Positions 8,795 to 18,999 are shown, counted from the stretch's first letter. The stretch: DNA of 64,000 bases from Nitrospirota bacterium (GCA_016194285.1 JACQBZ010000035.1:64385-128384); one strand, 5' to 3'. The notes: generated by a model not told the origin, from the sequence alone. Program-made: numbers and translations.

Positions 8795-9564
8795 TCGGCA
8801 CCCACCTTGGCCGCGCCCGCCTGTCCGGCAGGCAGGCCCACTTTCCGCGATACCTTGGACGAAATCACCCGTTCCTCAACGAGGCTCAAGAACTCGGTCG
8901 AGAATGTTTCCATCGCGGAGGCCATGACTCGAATTCGGCTGACGTAATAATTGAACGCGACCACGGCCGGGATGGCCGCGAGGAGACCGGCCGCGGTGGC
9001 CACCAACGCCTCCGATACGCCCGGGGCCACGGCCGTGATGCTGGCCGTTCCCTGACGGCTGATGCCCTGAAAGGCCGCGATGATCCCCAGCACCGTCCCG
9101 AAAAGGCCGATGAACGGCGAGACGTTTCCGGTCGTGGCCAGAAACGAAAGGTAAGACTCGAGCGCCCCGATCTGCTCGTCCACCGTCCGTTTTAAAGTCC
9201 GCTCCAGTATTTTAAGACCGGCCGCTCCCCCCAGCTCTTCGACGCTCCGCAGATCGTCCTCCGACTTCAACGCGAAGCCGGGATCGAGGCGCTCCATCCC
9301 GGCCAGGAAGATCCGGGCGACGGGGGACCGCTGCAACCGCATGGCGGCTTTTCGAAGCTCGATCAGGTTCTCCACCTTCCAGTAGAGCGAGAGGAACCGC
9401 CTGTCCTCGGCCGCGGCCTTGCGGAACAAAAAGAATTTTTGGAAGATGATGGCCCACGAAACGAGAGAGAAGAGCAGGAGGACGATCAGGACGGCCTGGG
9501 TGATAATGCTGGCGGAAAGAATAAGGTCGATGACACTGGTGTCGATCGTATCCAGAAGCGGCAC
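8791..9564 (-). CDS. tolQ: Proton channel protein TolQ (MotA/TolQ/ExbB family)
   Basis: C-terminal GLFGTVLGIIAAF...AVAPGVSEALVATAAGLLAAIPAVVAFN, typical of the family. Confidence 0.9.
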   Translation of the reverse strand: MPLLDTIDTSVIDLILSASIITQAVLIVLLLFSLVSWAIIFQKFFLFRKAAAEDRRFLSLYWKVENLIELRKAAMRLQRSPVARIFLAGMERLDPGFALKSEDDLRSVEELGGAAGLKILERTLKRTVDEQIGALESYLSFLATTGNVSPFIGLFGTVLGIIAAFQGISRQGTASITAVAPGVSEALVATAAGLLAAIPAVVAFNYYVSRIRVMASAMETFSTEFLSLVEERVISSKVSRKVGLPAGQAGAAKVGAE

Positions 9565-9617
9565 ATTCTCCTCAACGGCAGCCGCTCCCGGAGAGCGGCG
9601 TATTTTGATAATGAAAA

Positions 9618-9694
9618 TGGCGGGGCCGGCGGGGCTCGAACCCGTGACCTCCGGCGTGACAGGCCGGCGTTCTAACCAGCTGAACTACGGCCCC
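9618..9694 (-). tRNA. tRNA-Asp (GUC), CCA encoded
   Basis: Reverse complement GGGGCCGTAGTTCAGCTGGTTAGAACGCCGGCCTGTCACGCCGGAGGTCACGGGTTCGAGCCCCGCCGGCCCCGCCA. Cloverleaf folds by hand; anticodon loop is CTGTCAC. Confidence 0.93.
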
Positions 9695-9708
9695 GACATT
9701 CTTATATC

Positions 9709-9810
9709 AAATAGAGCAGTAGAACATTGGACGCATTTGAACACCGATCACGCTTATCCAATGCTCCACTGCTCTATTGTTCAAATGCTCTGCTTCGCCC
9801 CCGGCGAAGC
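9709..9810 (-). other. Structured AT-rich spacer between tRNA-Val and tRNA-Asp (two interleaved inverted repeats plus a GC hairpin)
   Basis: IR1: 9709-9730 pairs with 9758-9778 (19/21). IR2: GCATTTGAACA 9733-9743 pairs with TGTTCAAATGC 9778-9788. Hairpin GCTTCGCCcccGGCGAAGC at 9792-9810 abuts the tRNA-Val 3' end. Confidence 0.5.
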
Positions 9811-9886
9811 TGGTAGGCGGAAGGCGACTTGAACGCCTGACCTTCCCGGTGTAAGCGGGATGCTCTGCCAACTGAGCTATCCGCCC
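9811..9886 (-). tRNA. tRNA-Val (UAC), CCA encoded
   Basis: Reverse complement GGGCGGATAGCTCAGTTGGCAGAGCATCCCGCTTACACCGGGAAGGTCAGGCGTTCAAGTCGCCTTCCGCCTACCA. Anticodon loop is CTTACAC. Confidence 0.92.
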
Positions 9887-10068
9887 GATGCCCCCAGACC
9901 CCGCGCCTCTCGCGGCACAGCCGCGAACCGGCTTATTCATTTAAACGTGACGCGGCATTGCAAAAAAATGAAGAGCCGCGTAAAATATTAACAACTTTAT
10001 CCTTATTTGTCAACCCAAATGATCGCCCGTTTTTCGACGGAGATACGATCTTTCTGAGAAAGGCCGAT

Positions 10069-11253
10069 ATGGTTCATTCCCGTTTTGCCGTTTTCCTCGT
10101 CCTCACCGCGCTGTCGTGTTTGTGCCTCGCCGCGTGCAACGCCAAGACGCCGTCCCCGTCCCCCGTTCAGGAAAAACGCGCCCCGGATCCGAGGGCCGTC
10201 CTCCCGAAAGAAGAGGCCTGGGCGAATTTCACCACCGGCGCGAACGTGAAAGCGATGGCCCTGGAAGGAGATCATCTCTGGATGGGATTGCCCAACGGGA
10301 TCATTCGATACGATACGGGCACCGTCGACAGCCACGAAGTCTTTACGCCCGCCTCCACGCAGGGCGGTCTCTTGAGCAAAGGGGTCTATACGCTGAAAGT
10401 GGATCGACAAGGCCTCAAGTGGATCGGGACGTACGGCGGCGGGCTGACCCTGTTCGACGGGAAGACCTGGAAGACCTATACCGTCGCGGACGGCCTCGGG
10501 GATCAATGGATCTACGACATCGTGTTCGACGGGGCCCGGGCCTGGATCGCCACCTGGAAGGGCGTCAGCGTCTTTGATGGAAAACGGTTCAAGAACTATA
10601 CCGAGAAAGACGGCTTGATCGACAAATGGGTCTACTCCATCGCGCTGGACCACGACCATGTGTTCTGGTTCGGCACCGAGTCGGGCGTGAACCGATTCGA
10701 CGGAAAAAACTGGTCCAGCTACACGCACAAAGACGGCCTGGGCGCCGACGTCGAATCGAAGGCCCCGGCCGAATCGGGTCAGACCGCGCCTTCCGAACCG
10801 GTCGTCTCGGCGCTCCCCTCCTCCGAGTCGACCGACTATGGCTCGACCGGAACGCCTTCCATGCACCACCACATGGATCCCGGAAAGAAAAATGTCGGCG
10901 CCAATCCGAACTTCGTCATCACGGCCGCGGTGGGACACGACAACGCCAAATGGTTCGGAACCTGGGGGGCCGGCCTCTCGCGATTCGACGGAAAGACCTG
11001 GACGACCTTCACGAAAAAAGACGGCCTGGGCGGCAATTTTATCCACGCCCTGGCCGTGGACTCCGACGGATTCATCTGGGCCGGGACCAACGGCGGGGCG
11101 AGCTGGTATGACGGACAACGTTGGCGGAACTTCTCTTCGGACGACGGCCTGGTGGACAACAACGTTTTCTCGATCCTCTTCGACGACAAAGGCAACCGTT
11201 GGTTCGGCACCTGGCAGGGCCTGAGCCGCCACCGGGGAAAACTGCCTTCGTGA
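10069..11253 (+). CDS. Lipoprotein with two-component-regulator-propeller (Reg_prop) repeats
   Basis: Lipobox LCLAAC after MVHSRFAVFLVLTAL. About 7 repeats of the type W(I/F)GTxxGxxxFDGKxWxxYTxxDGL. Start trimmed to ATG 10069. Confidence 0.75.
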   Translation: MVHSRFAVFLVLTALSCLCLAACNAKTPSPSPVQEKRAPDPRAVLPKEEAWANFTTGANVKAMALEGDHLWMGLPNGIIRYDTGTVDSHEVFTPASTQGGLLSKGVYTLKVDRQGLKWIGTYGGGLTLFDGKTWKTYTVADGLGDQWIYDIVFDGARAWIATWKGVSVFDGKRFKNYTEKDGLIDKWVYSIALDHDHVFWFGTESGVNRFDGKNWSSYTHKDGLGADVESKAPAESGQTAPSEPVVSALPSSESTDYGSTGTPSMHHHMDPGKKNVGANPNFVITAAVGHDNAKWFGTWGAGLSRFDGKTWTTFTKKDGLGGNFIHALAVDSDGFIWAGTNGGASWYDGQRWRNFSSDDGLVDNNVFSILFDDKGNRWFGTWQGLSRHRGKLPS

Positions 11254-12023
11254 CAAAGAATAAACCGAAACGCCGTTTCCAGCGACACCCTTCCCTTCCC
11301 AACGTTAGTCTATCGCGCGCACTTTCCAAGCTGGGATTCGCATCGCGCAAACAGGCTCGCGACATGATCCGGTCCGGGCGCGTCACGGTCAACGGCCGGG
11401 CGCTCACGAACCCGGAGGTGCGCGTCCATCCCGAACGTGAAACCATCGCGGTGGACGGGCAGATCGTCACACGCGGACGGCGCCTATATATAATGATGCA
11501 CAAACCGGAGGGTTATGTCACGACCCGTTCGGATGAGCGCGGCCGGGCTACCGTATACGATCTGCTCAAAGATCACGACCGATGGCTTTTCCCGGTCGGC
11601 CGGCTCGATCAGGACAGTCAGGGGCTGCTTCTCTTCACCAATGATACGCAATGGGCCAACGCCCTGACGGACCCGGCCTCGAAGGTCACGAAGGTCTATG
11701 AGCTTCGGCTCGACCGTGAGATAACGGATCGGGATATGGACCGTTTTCGAACCGGCGTGACGCTCAACGACGGAGATCGAACGCTCCCGGCGAAGATCAG
11801 GCGATTAAAACCCGCGGACGGTCACGGGGTCGAGGTCACGATTACGGAGGGTAAGAACCGGCAGGTGCGTCGGATGATGGCCGCGCTCGGATATGACGTC
11901 CAAGCCCTCCTCCGAACCCGCATCGGGCCGGTTTCGTTGTCGGGACTTCGGGAAGGCGACGTGCGCCCGCTCACGCCGGATGAAATTCGTACGTTGAAGG
12001 CCGAGCCCCTCCGAAAAAAATGA
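11250..12023 (+). CDS. Pseudouridine synthase, RsuA/RluB family (S4 + PseudoU_synth_2)
   Basis: S4 domain LSRALSKLGFASRKQARDMIRSGRVTVNG. Catalytic GRLDQDSQGLLLFTND; EGKNRQVRRM. GTG 11250 overlaps the upstream stop (GTGA). Confidence 0.85.
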   Translation: MTKNKPKRRFQRHPSLPNVSLSRALSKLGFASRKQARDMIRSGRVTVNGRALTNPEVRVHPERETIAVDGQIVTRGRRLYIMMHKPEGYVTTRSDERGRATVYDLLKDHDRWLFPVGRLDQDSQGLLLFTNDTQWANALTDPASKVTKVYELRLDREITDRDMDRFRTGVTLNDGDRTLPAKIRRLKPADGHGVEVTITEGKNRQVRRMMAALGYDVQALLRTRIGPVSLSGLREGDVRPLTPDEIRTLKAEPLRKK

Positions 12024-12057
12024 AACCCAAAATCCACTTTACATCCGCGGCCTGCTT

Positions 12058-12600
12058 ATGGTATTCATACAACTCATGCAACTCATGCGCTCATACCCCC
12101 GTTCGACCGCGATTGTTTTTTTTGTCATGGCCATGTTCATCGGAATATCCGGATTTTCATCCGCGCGGGCCCAGGAGACAAAGGGCTTCGTCCCGCCGGG
12201 CCAAGAGGTTCCCAGCCTTGGAAACGATCACATCAAGACCCCCAGCGATCCGCACATTTCCTACAACAGTATTCCGCCCACGTCCGGTCCCCATCTATCC
12301 ACCATCGCCAAGTGGGGCGTCTCGAAAACGCCGATTCCCGATGAGCTGCAGGTGCACAACCTGGAGGACGGCGGCGTGATGATTCAATACAACTGCCAAA
12401 ACTGCGACGGCCTGGTCGCCCAGCTTGAAACGTTCGCGGCCAAATACAACAAGGTGATCGTCGCGCCGTATCCCAAAATGAAGGCCGCCATCGCGCTGAC
12501 GGCCTGGGGACGGATCGACACGATGGACCAGCCGGACGAGGCCCGCATCGATCGGTTCATCAAGGCCTATATGGGCATCGATCATCACGTAAGGGAATAG
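12058..12600 (+). CDS. DUF3105-like secreted protein
   Basis: Signal-like N-terminus; YNSIPPTSGPHLS...VHNLEDGGVMIQYN...VAPYPKM...IALTAWGR, as I remember DUF3105. Confidence 0.6.
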   Translation: MVFIQLMQLMRSYPRSTAIVFFVMAMFIGISGFSSARAQETKGFVPPGQEVPSLGNDHIKTPSDPHISYNSIPPTSGPHLSTIAKWGVSKTPIPDELQVHNLEDGGVMIQYNCQNCDGLVAQLETFAAKYNKVIVAPYPKMKAAIALTAWGRIDTMDQPDEARIDRFIKAYMGIDHHVRE

Positions 12601-12604
12601 GAGG

Positions 12605-14188
12605 GTGAAGGCGTATCCCTTGATCCTGGCCTTCCTGGGCGGCGTCCTGTGCTTCCTGAGCTTTCCCCGTTATGATCTTGAAGCGCTCGCCTGGATCGCG
12701 CTCGTTCCCCTCTTCCTCGCGCTCGAAAATCTTACGGTCCGAAAATCCTTCGGACTGGGCTGGGCGACCGGCACGATCTACTTCCTCGGAACGGTCCACT
12801 GGGTCACGAACACGATGATCCGCTACGGAAAGCTCCCGGCCGTCGTGAGCTATCCGATCATGCTGCTGTTCGTGGTCTATCTCGGATTGTACGTCGCGGC
12901 GTTCGCGGCGCTGTTCGTTTTTCTGAGACGGCGGACGACGTTCCCGGCCACGCTGTCGGCCCCGGTGCTCTGGGTTTCCCTGGAGCTCCTCCGGACCTAC
13001 GCACTCACCGGCTTCCCGTGGGCGGCCCTGGGCTATTCGCAATACCTCGCGCTGCCGGTCATCCAGATCGCGGACACCACGGGGGTCTATGGCGTCTCCT
13101 TTCTGATCGTCCTCGTCAACGTCGCCGTCGCGGAAGGGGTGCTGGCGCTGCGCGTTCCACGATTCCGCGCGGCCGCCTGGAGGCCGGTCGCAACGGCCCT
13201 CGTCGCGGTCGCGCTGGTCCTGGGTTACGGGGCTTGGCGACTGTCCCAGGATCGGCTCTCCCACCCGCCGACCCTCCGGGTGGGCGTGGTCCAGGCCAAC
13301 ATCCCCCAGGATAAGAAATGGGACGCCCAATTCCGCCAGGAGACGATCAACCGCTACGAACGGCTCTCCGGCGCGCTCGCGTCCCAATCGGTTCAACTCA
13401 TCGTCTGGCCGGAGGCGGCCATGCCGTTTTTCTTCGAAGAGGACCCGGCCTTCCGTCAACAGGTGGTCGAAACGGTCCGGGAAGACCGCGTCCCCCTGCT
13501 GTTCGGCAGCCCGGCCGTGACGACCATCGGGAGGCAGCTTCGGATGTTCAACAGCGCCTATTTTCTGTCGGCGGACGGCCGGGTGCTGGGACGGTACGAC
13601 AAGATGCACCTGGTCCCGTTCGGGGAGTACGTCCCGCTTTCGACCGTCCTGTTCTTCGTCGACAAGATGGCGGAGGGCATCGGCGATTTCCTGCCGGGCA
13701 ATGATTACACCGTGATGACTCTGCCGTTGATCGATGAACCGCAACAGCGAGCGCAGGCGAGCGCTCCCCCTAAAATGGCCACGGTGATCTGTTTTGAAGT
13801 CATCTTTCCGGATCTCGTCCGGCGCTTCGTCAAACAGGGCGCGCAGTTCATGACCACGATCACGAACGACGCCTGGTTCGGCGACTCGTCCGCGCCGTAC
13901 CAGCATTTCTCGATGGTCGTCTTACGGGCCGTCGAGAACCGCGTCCCCTTCGCGCGCGCGGCCAACACCGGCGTCTCCGGCTTCATCGACCGGACCGGCC
14001 GGATCCAGGAAGCCAGCCGGATCTTCGTCGAGGCCGCGCGGGCCGACGTCCTCCGGCTGCGCACCCAGACTACGTTCTACACACGGTACGGTGACGTTTT
14101 CGCCTATGCCTGTGGTATAATAGCGTTGCTCATGATTTATACCGCGGTACGAACCCGACCGCAAGGGGAGGAGTTTTCCTATGCTTGA
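12605..14188 (+). CDS. lnt: Apolipoprotein N-acyltransferase
   Basis: Multi-TM N-terminus plus a CN-hydrolase domain (VVQANIPQDKKW...IVWPEAA...KMHLVPFGEYVP...ICFEVIFPD). Confidence 0.9.
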   Translation: MKAYPLILAFLGGVLCFLSFPRYDLEALAWIALVPLFLALENLTVRKSFGLGWATGTIYFLGTVHWVTNTMIRYGKLPAVVSYPIMLLFVVYLGLYVAAFAALFVFLRRRTTFPATLSAPVLWVSLELLRTYALTGFPWAALGYSQYLALPVIQIADTTGVYGVSFLIVLVNVAVAEGVLALRVPRFRAAAWRPVATALVAVALVLGYGAWRLSQDRLSHPPTLRVGVVQANIPQDKKWDAQFRQETINRYERLSGALASQSVQLIVWPEAAMPFFFEEDPAFRQQVVETVREDRVPLLFGSPAVTTIGRQLRMFNSAYFLSADGRVLGRYDKMHLVPFGEYVPLSTVLFFVDKMAEGIGDFLPGNDYTVMTLPLIDEPQQRAQASAPPKMATVICFEVIFPDLVRRFVKQGAQFMTTITNDAWFGDSSAPYQHFSMVVLRAVENRVPFARAANTGVSGFIDRTGRIQEASRIFVEAARADVLRLRTQTTFYTRYGDVFAYACGIIALLMIYTAVRTRPQGEEFSYA

Positions 14189-15294
14189 AGAAGAAAAGGC
14201 CCAGTTGAACATGGTCGAGACCCGATTGACCGAACTTCGGGGGCATCTTTGACTTCCCGGGCATCTACGACCGGCTCCGGGAGATCGAATCCCGGATGGC
14301 CGCGCCCGATTTCTGGAACGACGCATCGGCCGCGCGTCACCTCGTCCAGGAGAAAACCCGCCTCGAAAAGACGCTGAAGAAATGGGACGAGCTGGAGCGG
14401 GCGCGGGAAGACCTCTCGGTGCTGCTCCAACTCTCCGAAGAACAGTCCGACGCCTCGGTCCATTCCGAAATCCAGCAGTCGCTTAAATCCCTCCAGGAAG
14501 CGGTCCGTCACCGGGAGGTCGAAATGCTCCTGTCCGGCGAGAAGGACCCGAATAACGCCATCGTCACGATTCATCCCGGCGCGGGAGGGACCGAATCCCA
14601 GGACTGGGCCCAGATGCTCTTCCGGATGTACACCCGGTGGGCCGAGCGGAACGGTTTTCAGACCGAGCTGATCGATCTGCAGCCCGCCGAGGAGGCCGGG
14701 ATCAAGAGCGTCTCCTTCTCGGTGATCGGCGATTACGCCTACGGCCAGCTCAAAGCCGAGGCCGGCGTGCACCGCCTGGTGCGGATCTCCCCGTTCGACG
14801 CCAACAAGCGCCGCCACACCTCGTTCGCCTCCGTCTTCGTCTATCCCGAGATCGAGGACGACGCCGAGATCGAGCTGGACGAGCAGGAGATCAAGATGGA
14901 GGCCTTCCGGTCGAGCGGCCCGGGCGGCCAGAACGTGAACAAGGTCTCCTCGGCCGTCCGGCTCACGCATCTCCCCACCGGCCTCGTGGTCGCCTGCCAG
15001 ACCGAACGGTCGCAGCACAAAAACCGCTCGATGGCGATGAAGCTGCTGCGCGCGAAGATTTACGAGCTGGAACAGGAGAAGAAGAAAAAGGAGATGAGCT
15101 CGATCGTGGGCGAAAAGAAGGAGATCGCCTGGGGCAGTCAGATCCGCTCGTACGTCTTCCAGCCCTATCAGATGGTCAAGGATCACCGGACGAACACCGA
15201 GGTCGGAAACGTCTCGGCCGTGATGGACGGCGACCTCGACGTCTTCATCAACGCCTATCTCGTCCAATCGATGAAGGCGTCGAAGACGACATAG
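14181..15294 (+). CDS. prfB: Peptide chain release factor 2 (requires programmed +1 frameshift at 14247-14253)
   Basis: Frame 1: ATG 14181 MLEEEKAQLNMVETRLTELRGHL then TGA. Frame +1 continues DFPGIYDRLREIESRMAAPDFWND... SPF motif (RISPFD) and GGQ motif (SGPGGQNVNK). Confidence 0.93.
14239..14253 (+). promoter_or_regulatory. RF2 autoregulatory +1 frameshift site
   Basis: GGGGGCATCTTTGAC: an SD-like GGGGG, 3-nt spacer, then CTT TGA C. Same architecture as the E. coli site AGGGGGTATCTTTGAC. Confidence 0.9.
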
Positions 15295-15506
15295 ATGACA
15301 CCGGCCTCTGTTCGGTGAGGCCCTACCTGCTCCGGCGGCTTTTGTTTGACCCGGCTAAGGCTCGGCCGCTAAATTCTGGCAAGGTGAGGCAGCCATAATT
15401 TACCAGAAAGACCTGGCCGCGTCCTTCGCCAAGCCGGGGGCCCAAACAAAAACCGATGTCGCAGTCCGGACCCCGACCGAACAGGTCCTCCTCAAACCGG
15501 CGACAG

Positions 15507-15536
15507 TTGACGTCTTCTTCGGAAAATCAGTATAAT
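15507..15536 (+). promoter_or_regulatory. Putative sigma70 promoter of lysS
   Basis: TTGACG-18 nt-TATAAT, 35 nt upstream of the lysS ATG. Confidence 0.5.
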
Positions 15537-15570
15537 CGGCCACGTTTCCCATAATAGACAAAGGATTTTC

Positions 15571-17073
15571 ATGGACGAACAGAACGACCAGTACCTCCAG
15601 CGGCTTAAAAAATCGGACGAGCTCAAATCCTCCGGCATCGCCCCGTACGGCCGCCGGTTCGAGGCGACCGACACGGCCTGCGCGTTGACCGAGAAATACG
15701 CCGCCGCAACCAAAGAGTCGCTGGAGACCCACCCGGTCTCCTGCAGGCTGGCCGGACGGATCGTCGCGCTCAGGCGGTTCGGAAAGGCGGCCTTCGCCCA
15801 TCTTCAAGACGCGACGGGGCGCATCCAGGTCTATTTCAAAAAAGAGGTGTTGGACGATCCGGCCGTCGCGGTCTTCGAGCAGTTGGACCTCGGCGACATC
15901 CTCGGCGTTTCCGGACGGCTGTTCCGGACGAAGACGGAGGAGTTGACCGTCCAGGTCGAAACCCTCGCGCTGCTGGCCAAGTCGCTCCGTCCGCTGCCCG
16001 AGAAATGGCACGGCCTGACGGACGTCGAGATCCGGTACCGCCAGCGTTATCTCGACCTGATCAGCAATCCCGACGTCCGCCGGGTCTTCGTCCAGCGCGG
16101 CCGGATCATCGCGGCCGTCCGGGAGTTTTTAAACGAACGGGGCTTCCTCGAGGTCGAGACGCCGATGATGCAGCCGATCCCCGGCGGCGCGGCGGCGCGG
16201 CCGTTCATCACGCACCACAACACGCTGGGGATCGATCTCTACCTGCGCATCGCGCCGGAACTGTACCTCAAGCGCCTGATCGTGGGCGGTCTGGAGCGGG
16301 TTTATGAGATCAACCGGAGCTTTCGCAACGAGGGGATCTCGACCGTCCACAATCCCGAATTCACGATGCTCGAGTTCTACCAGGCCTACGCCGATTATCA
16401 GGACCTGATGGCGATGACGGAGGAGTTGTTCGGCTTCGTGGCAACGCGGGTGCTGGGCGGGTTGACGTTTCCGTATCAGGATCATACGATCGACCTGACG
16501 CCTCCGTGGAAACGGATCCCGTTCTTGGAGGCGATCCGGTCGGCCGTCCCGGACCGGTCCGCCTTGGAAAACCGTCAGAAACTTTTGGCCTTCCTTGAGC
16601 AGAACAAAATTCCCGTGAAGGGAAACGAAACGATGGGGAAGCTTCAACAGGCGCTCTTCGAGGCCCGGGTGGAACCGTCGCTGATCCAGCCGACCTTTAT
16701 TATCGACTACCCGACCGAGATCTCGCCGCTGGCAAAGCGGAAGGAGTCCGATCCCGAACTGACCGACCGATTCGAACTCTTCATCACCGGACTGGAACTC
16801 GCGAACGCCTTCTCGGAGCTGAACGACCCGCAGGATCAGCGCCGGCGCTTCGAGGACCAGGCGAAAAGCCGCGCGGCCGGCGATCTCGAGGCGCATCTCA
16901 TGGACGAAGACTATCTGCGCGCGCTGGAGCACGCCATGCCCCCGACCGCCGGAGAGGGCGTGGGGATCGACCGCCTCGTGATGCTCCTGACCAACCAGAT
17001 CTCGATCCGGGACGTGATCTTCTTCCCGCAGCTCCGGCCGGCCGGCTCGTCGGGCCGACAGGAGAAATCATGA
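15571..17073 (+). CDS. lysS: Lysine--tRNA ligase, class II
   Basis: OB-fold N-terminus and class II motifs (FLEVETPMMQ, YLRIAPELYLKRL, RNEGIS..HNPEFTMLEFY, GEGVGIDRLVMLL). Confidence 0.94.
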   Translation: MDEQNDQYLQRLKKSDELKSSGIAPYGRRFEATDTACALTEKYAAATKESLETHPVSCRLAGRIVALRRFGKAAFAHLQDATGRIQVYFKKEVLDDPAVAVFEQLDLGDILGVSGRLFRTKTEELTVQVETLALLAKSLRPLPEKWHGLTDVEIRYRQRYLDLISNPDVRRVFVQRGRIIAAVREFLNERGFLEVETPMMQPIPGGAAARPFITHHNTLGIDLYLRIAPELYLKRLIVGGLERVYEINRSFRNEGISTVHNPEFTMLEFYQAYADYQDLMAMTEELFGFVATRVLGGLTFPYQDHTIDLTPPWKRIPFLEAIRSAVPDRSALENRQKLLAFLEQNKIPVKGNETMGKLQQALFEARVEPSLIQPTFIIDYPTEISPLAKRKESDPELTDRFELFITGLELANAFSELNDPQDQRRRFEDQAKSRAAGDLEAHLMDEDYLRALEHAMPPTAGEGVGIDRLVMLLTNQISIRDVIFFPQLRPAGSSGRQEKS

Positions 17074-18320
17074 TCGCGCCCTACGAATTTTTCATCGGCC
17101 TGCGCTATCTCAAGGGCAAGCGGCGCCACCGGTCGATCTCGCTCAACACCTTCATCTCGATCGGCGGGGTCACGCTGGGGGTGGCCGCGCTGATCGCGAC
17201 GCTGGCCGTCATGACCGGGTTCAAAGAGGACCTCCGGGACAAGATCCTCGGAACGAATTCGCACATCGTGATCTCCGACCGCACGCACGACACGATGAAG
17301 GACTACCGCGCCGTGCTGGACCGGGTCAAACAGATCCCGCACGTCCTCGCGGCCACGCCGTTCATCTATAACCAGGTCCTGCTCACCGCCGGGGGCAGCG
17401 TCTCCGGCGTCGTACTGCGCGGGATCGATCCGGCGCTGGAACCGACCGTCACCGACATCCGGAAAAATCTGGTGCAGGGCTCGCTGTCGGATCTCGCGAA
17501 GCCGCCGGAACATTCTCCCGACGGCCAGCCGATCCCGCCCGGCATCATCGTGGGCAAGGAGCTGGCGGCGCGCCTTGGAACCTTTCTGGGCGACACGATC
17601 AACGTCGTCTCGCCCACCGGAACGCCGGGGCCGCTGGGCATCATCCCGAAGATCCGCAAGTTCGACGTGGTCGGGATCTTCGACTCCGGCATGTACGAAT
17701 ACGACTCGTCGCTGGCCTACATCTCGATCGGGACGGCCCAGGATTTCTTCAACCTGGGCGACGCCGTGACGGGCGTCGAGGTCAAAGTGGACGACATCTT
17801 CCAGGCCGACCGGATCGCGAAGGCGATCGAGGACGCGCTGGGCTTTCCCTACTGGGCCCGCGACTGGATGAAGCTGAATAAAAATTTATTCTCGGCGCTG
17901 CAGCTTGAGAAAATGATGATGTTCATCATCCTGATCCTGATCATCCTGGTGGCCTCCTTCAACATCGTCGGGACCCTCACGATGATCGTGGTCGAGAAAA
18001 GCCGCGAGATCGCGATCCTCAAGGCGATGGGCGCGACGCGGCGGGAGGTGATGCGGATCTTCATGGTGGACGGGCTGGTGATCGGAGGGATCGGGACGAT
18101 CATCGGGATCCCGCTGGGCTATTTCGTCTGCTTCCTACTGCACACCTTCTACACGCTCCCCAGCGACGTCTATTACATCAGCCATCTCCCGGTCACGATC
18201 CGGGCCCTTGACGTGACCGTCGTCTCGCTCTCGGCCGTGACGATCAGCTTTATCGCAACGCTCTATCCGTCCTGGCAGGCCGCGCGCCTCAATCCGTCGG
18301 AGGCGCTGAGGTACGAATGA
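17070..18320 (+). CDS. Lipoprotein-releasing ABC transporter permease, LolC/LolE family
   Basis: [34 protein letters not shown], MacB-like periplasmic domain, C-terminal FtsX domain. 4-bp overlaps with lysS and lolD. Confidence 0.88.
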   Translation: MIAPYEFFIGLRYLKGKRRHRSISLNTFISIGGVTLGVAALIATLAVMTGFKEDLRDKILGTNSHIVISDRTHDTMKDYRAVLDRVKQIPHVLAATPFIYNQVLLTAGGSVSGVVLRGIDPALEPTVTDIRKNLVQGSLSDLAKPPEHSPDGQPIPPGIIVGKELAARLGTFLGDTINVVSPTGTPGPLGIIPKIRKFDVVGIFDSGMYEYDSSLAYISIGTAQDFFNLGDAVTGVEVKVDDIFQADRIAKAIEDALGFPYWARDWMKLNKNLFSALQLEKMMMFIILILIILVASFNIVGTLTMIVVEKSREIAILKAMGATRREVMRIFMVDGLVIGGIGTIIGIPLGYFVCFLLHTFYTLPSDVYYISHLPVTIRALDVTVVSLSAVTISFIATLYPSWQAARLNPSEALRYE

Positions 18321-18976
18321 TCAAAGTCACCAACCTCACGAAGACGTTTTTCATGCCCCAGCCGCTGTCCATTCTCAAAGGAATCAACCTGGAGGTTTCG
18401 AAGGGCGAGATGCTCTGCATCGTGGGGGCGTCGGGCGTCGGAAAGAGCACACTGCTTCACCTGCTCGGCGGACTGGACCGGCCGACCTCCGGCACGGTCG
18501 CGTTCGACGGTCAGGACCTGTCCGCACTCAACGACAACCAGCTCGCCGCCTTCCGAAACCGCCGGATCGGTTTCGTCTTCCAGTTCCATCATCTCCTTCC
18601 GGAGTTCACGGCGATCGAGAACACGATGATGCCGGTCCTGATCCAGGGCTGGACGTGGGCGACGGCCGCGAAAGAAGCCGGCGCGCTGTTGAACTCGGTC
18701 GGCCTCGGGGAACGGCTCCAGCACCGGCCGGGAGAGCTCTCCGGCGGCGAGCAGCAGCGCGTCGCCGTCGCGCGCGCGCTGATCTTAAAACCCGGCCTCG
18801 TCCTGGCCGACGAGCCCACCGGCAATCTCGACAGCCACACCTCGGACGAGGTCTTCGCCTTAATGAGAAACCTCAACAAGCAGCTCGGCCATACCTTCGT
18901 CCTCGTCACCCACAACGAGAAGCTCTCGGCCCAGGCCGACCGCATCGTTCGAATGGTGGACGGGAGGATTGAATAG
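18317..18976 (+). CDS. lolD: Lipoprotein-releasing ABC transporter ATP-binding protein
   Basis: Walker [10 protein letters not shown], signature [15 protein letters not shown], Walker [13 protein letters not shown]. Confidence 0.9.
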   Translation: MIKVTNLTKTFFMPQPLSILKGINLEVSKGEMLCIVGASGVGKSTLLHLLGGLDRPTSGTVAFDGQDLSALNDNQLAAFRNRRIGFVFQFHHLLPEFTAIENTMMPVLIQGWTWATAAKEAGALLNSVGLGERLQHRPGELSGGEQQRVAVARALILKPGLVLADEPTGNLDSHTSDEVFALMRNLNKQLGHTFVLVTHNEKLSAQADRIVRMVDGRIE

Positions 18977-18999
18977 GGGCGACGCATGCGTCGCCCCTA
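18974..18999. repeat. REP-like perfect palindrome (GTAGGGGC family), probable bidirectional terminator
   Basis: TAGGGGCGACGCATGCGTCGCCCCTA lies between the convergent lolD and the reductase gene, overlapping both stop regions. Confidence 0.75.

Noticed and set aside
9581-9599. Hairpin GCCGCTC-ccgga-GAGCGGC upstream of tolQ, considered as a terminator of the tRNA operon.
   Set aside because: The T-run follows it only on the plus strand, where no gene ends. On the tRNA (minus) strand there is no U-tract. It is too ambiguous to annotate.
9419-9940. ORFs 9419..9832 (+), 9439..9675 (+) and 9707..9940 (-).
   Set aside because: They run across two hand-folded tRNA genes and their spacer.
15295-15570. 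Riboswitch, T-box or leader RNA in the 277-nt prfB-lysS gap (9-nt complementarity CTGTTCGGT at 15308 with ACCGAACAG at 15476).
   Set aside because: I could find no T-box specifier/antiterminator or L-box features. A single 9-mer complement within 270 nt is not unlikely by chance. A plain TTGACG-18-TATAAT promoter explains the gap.
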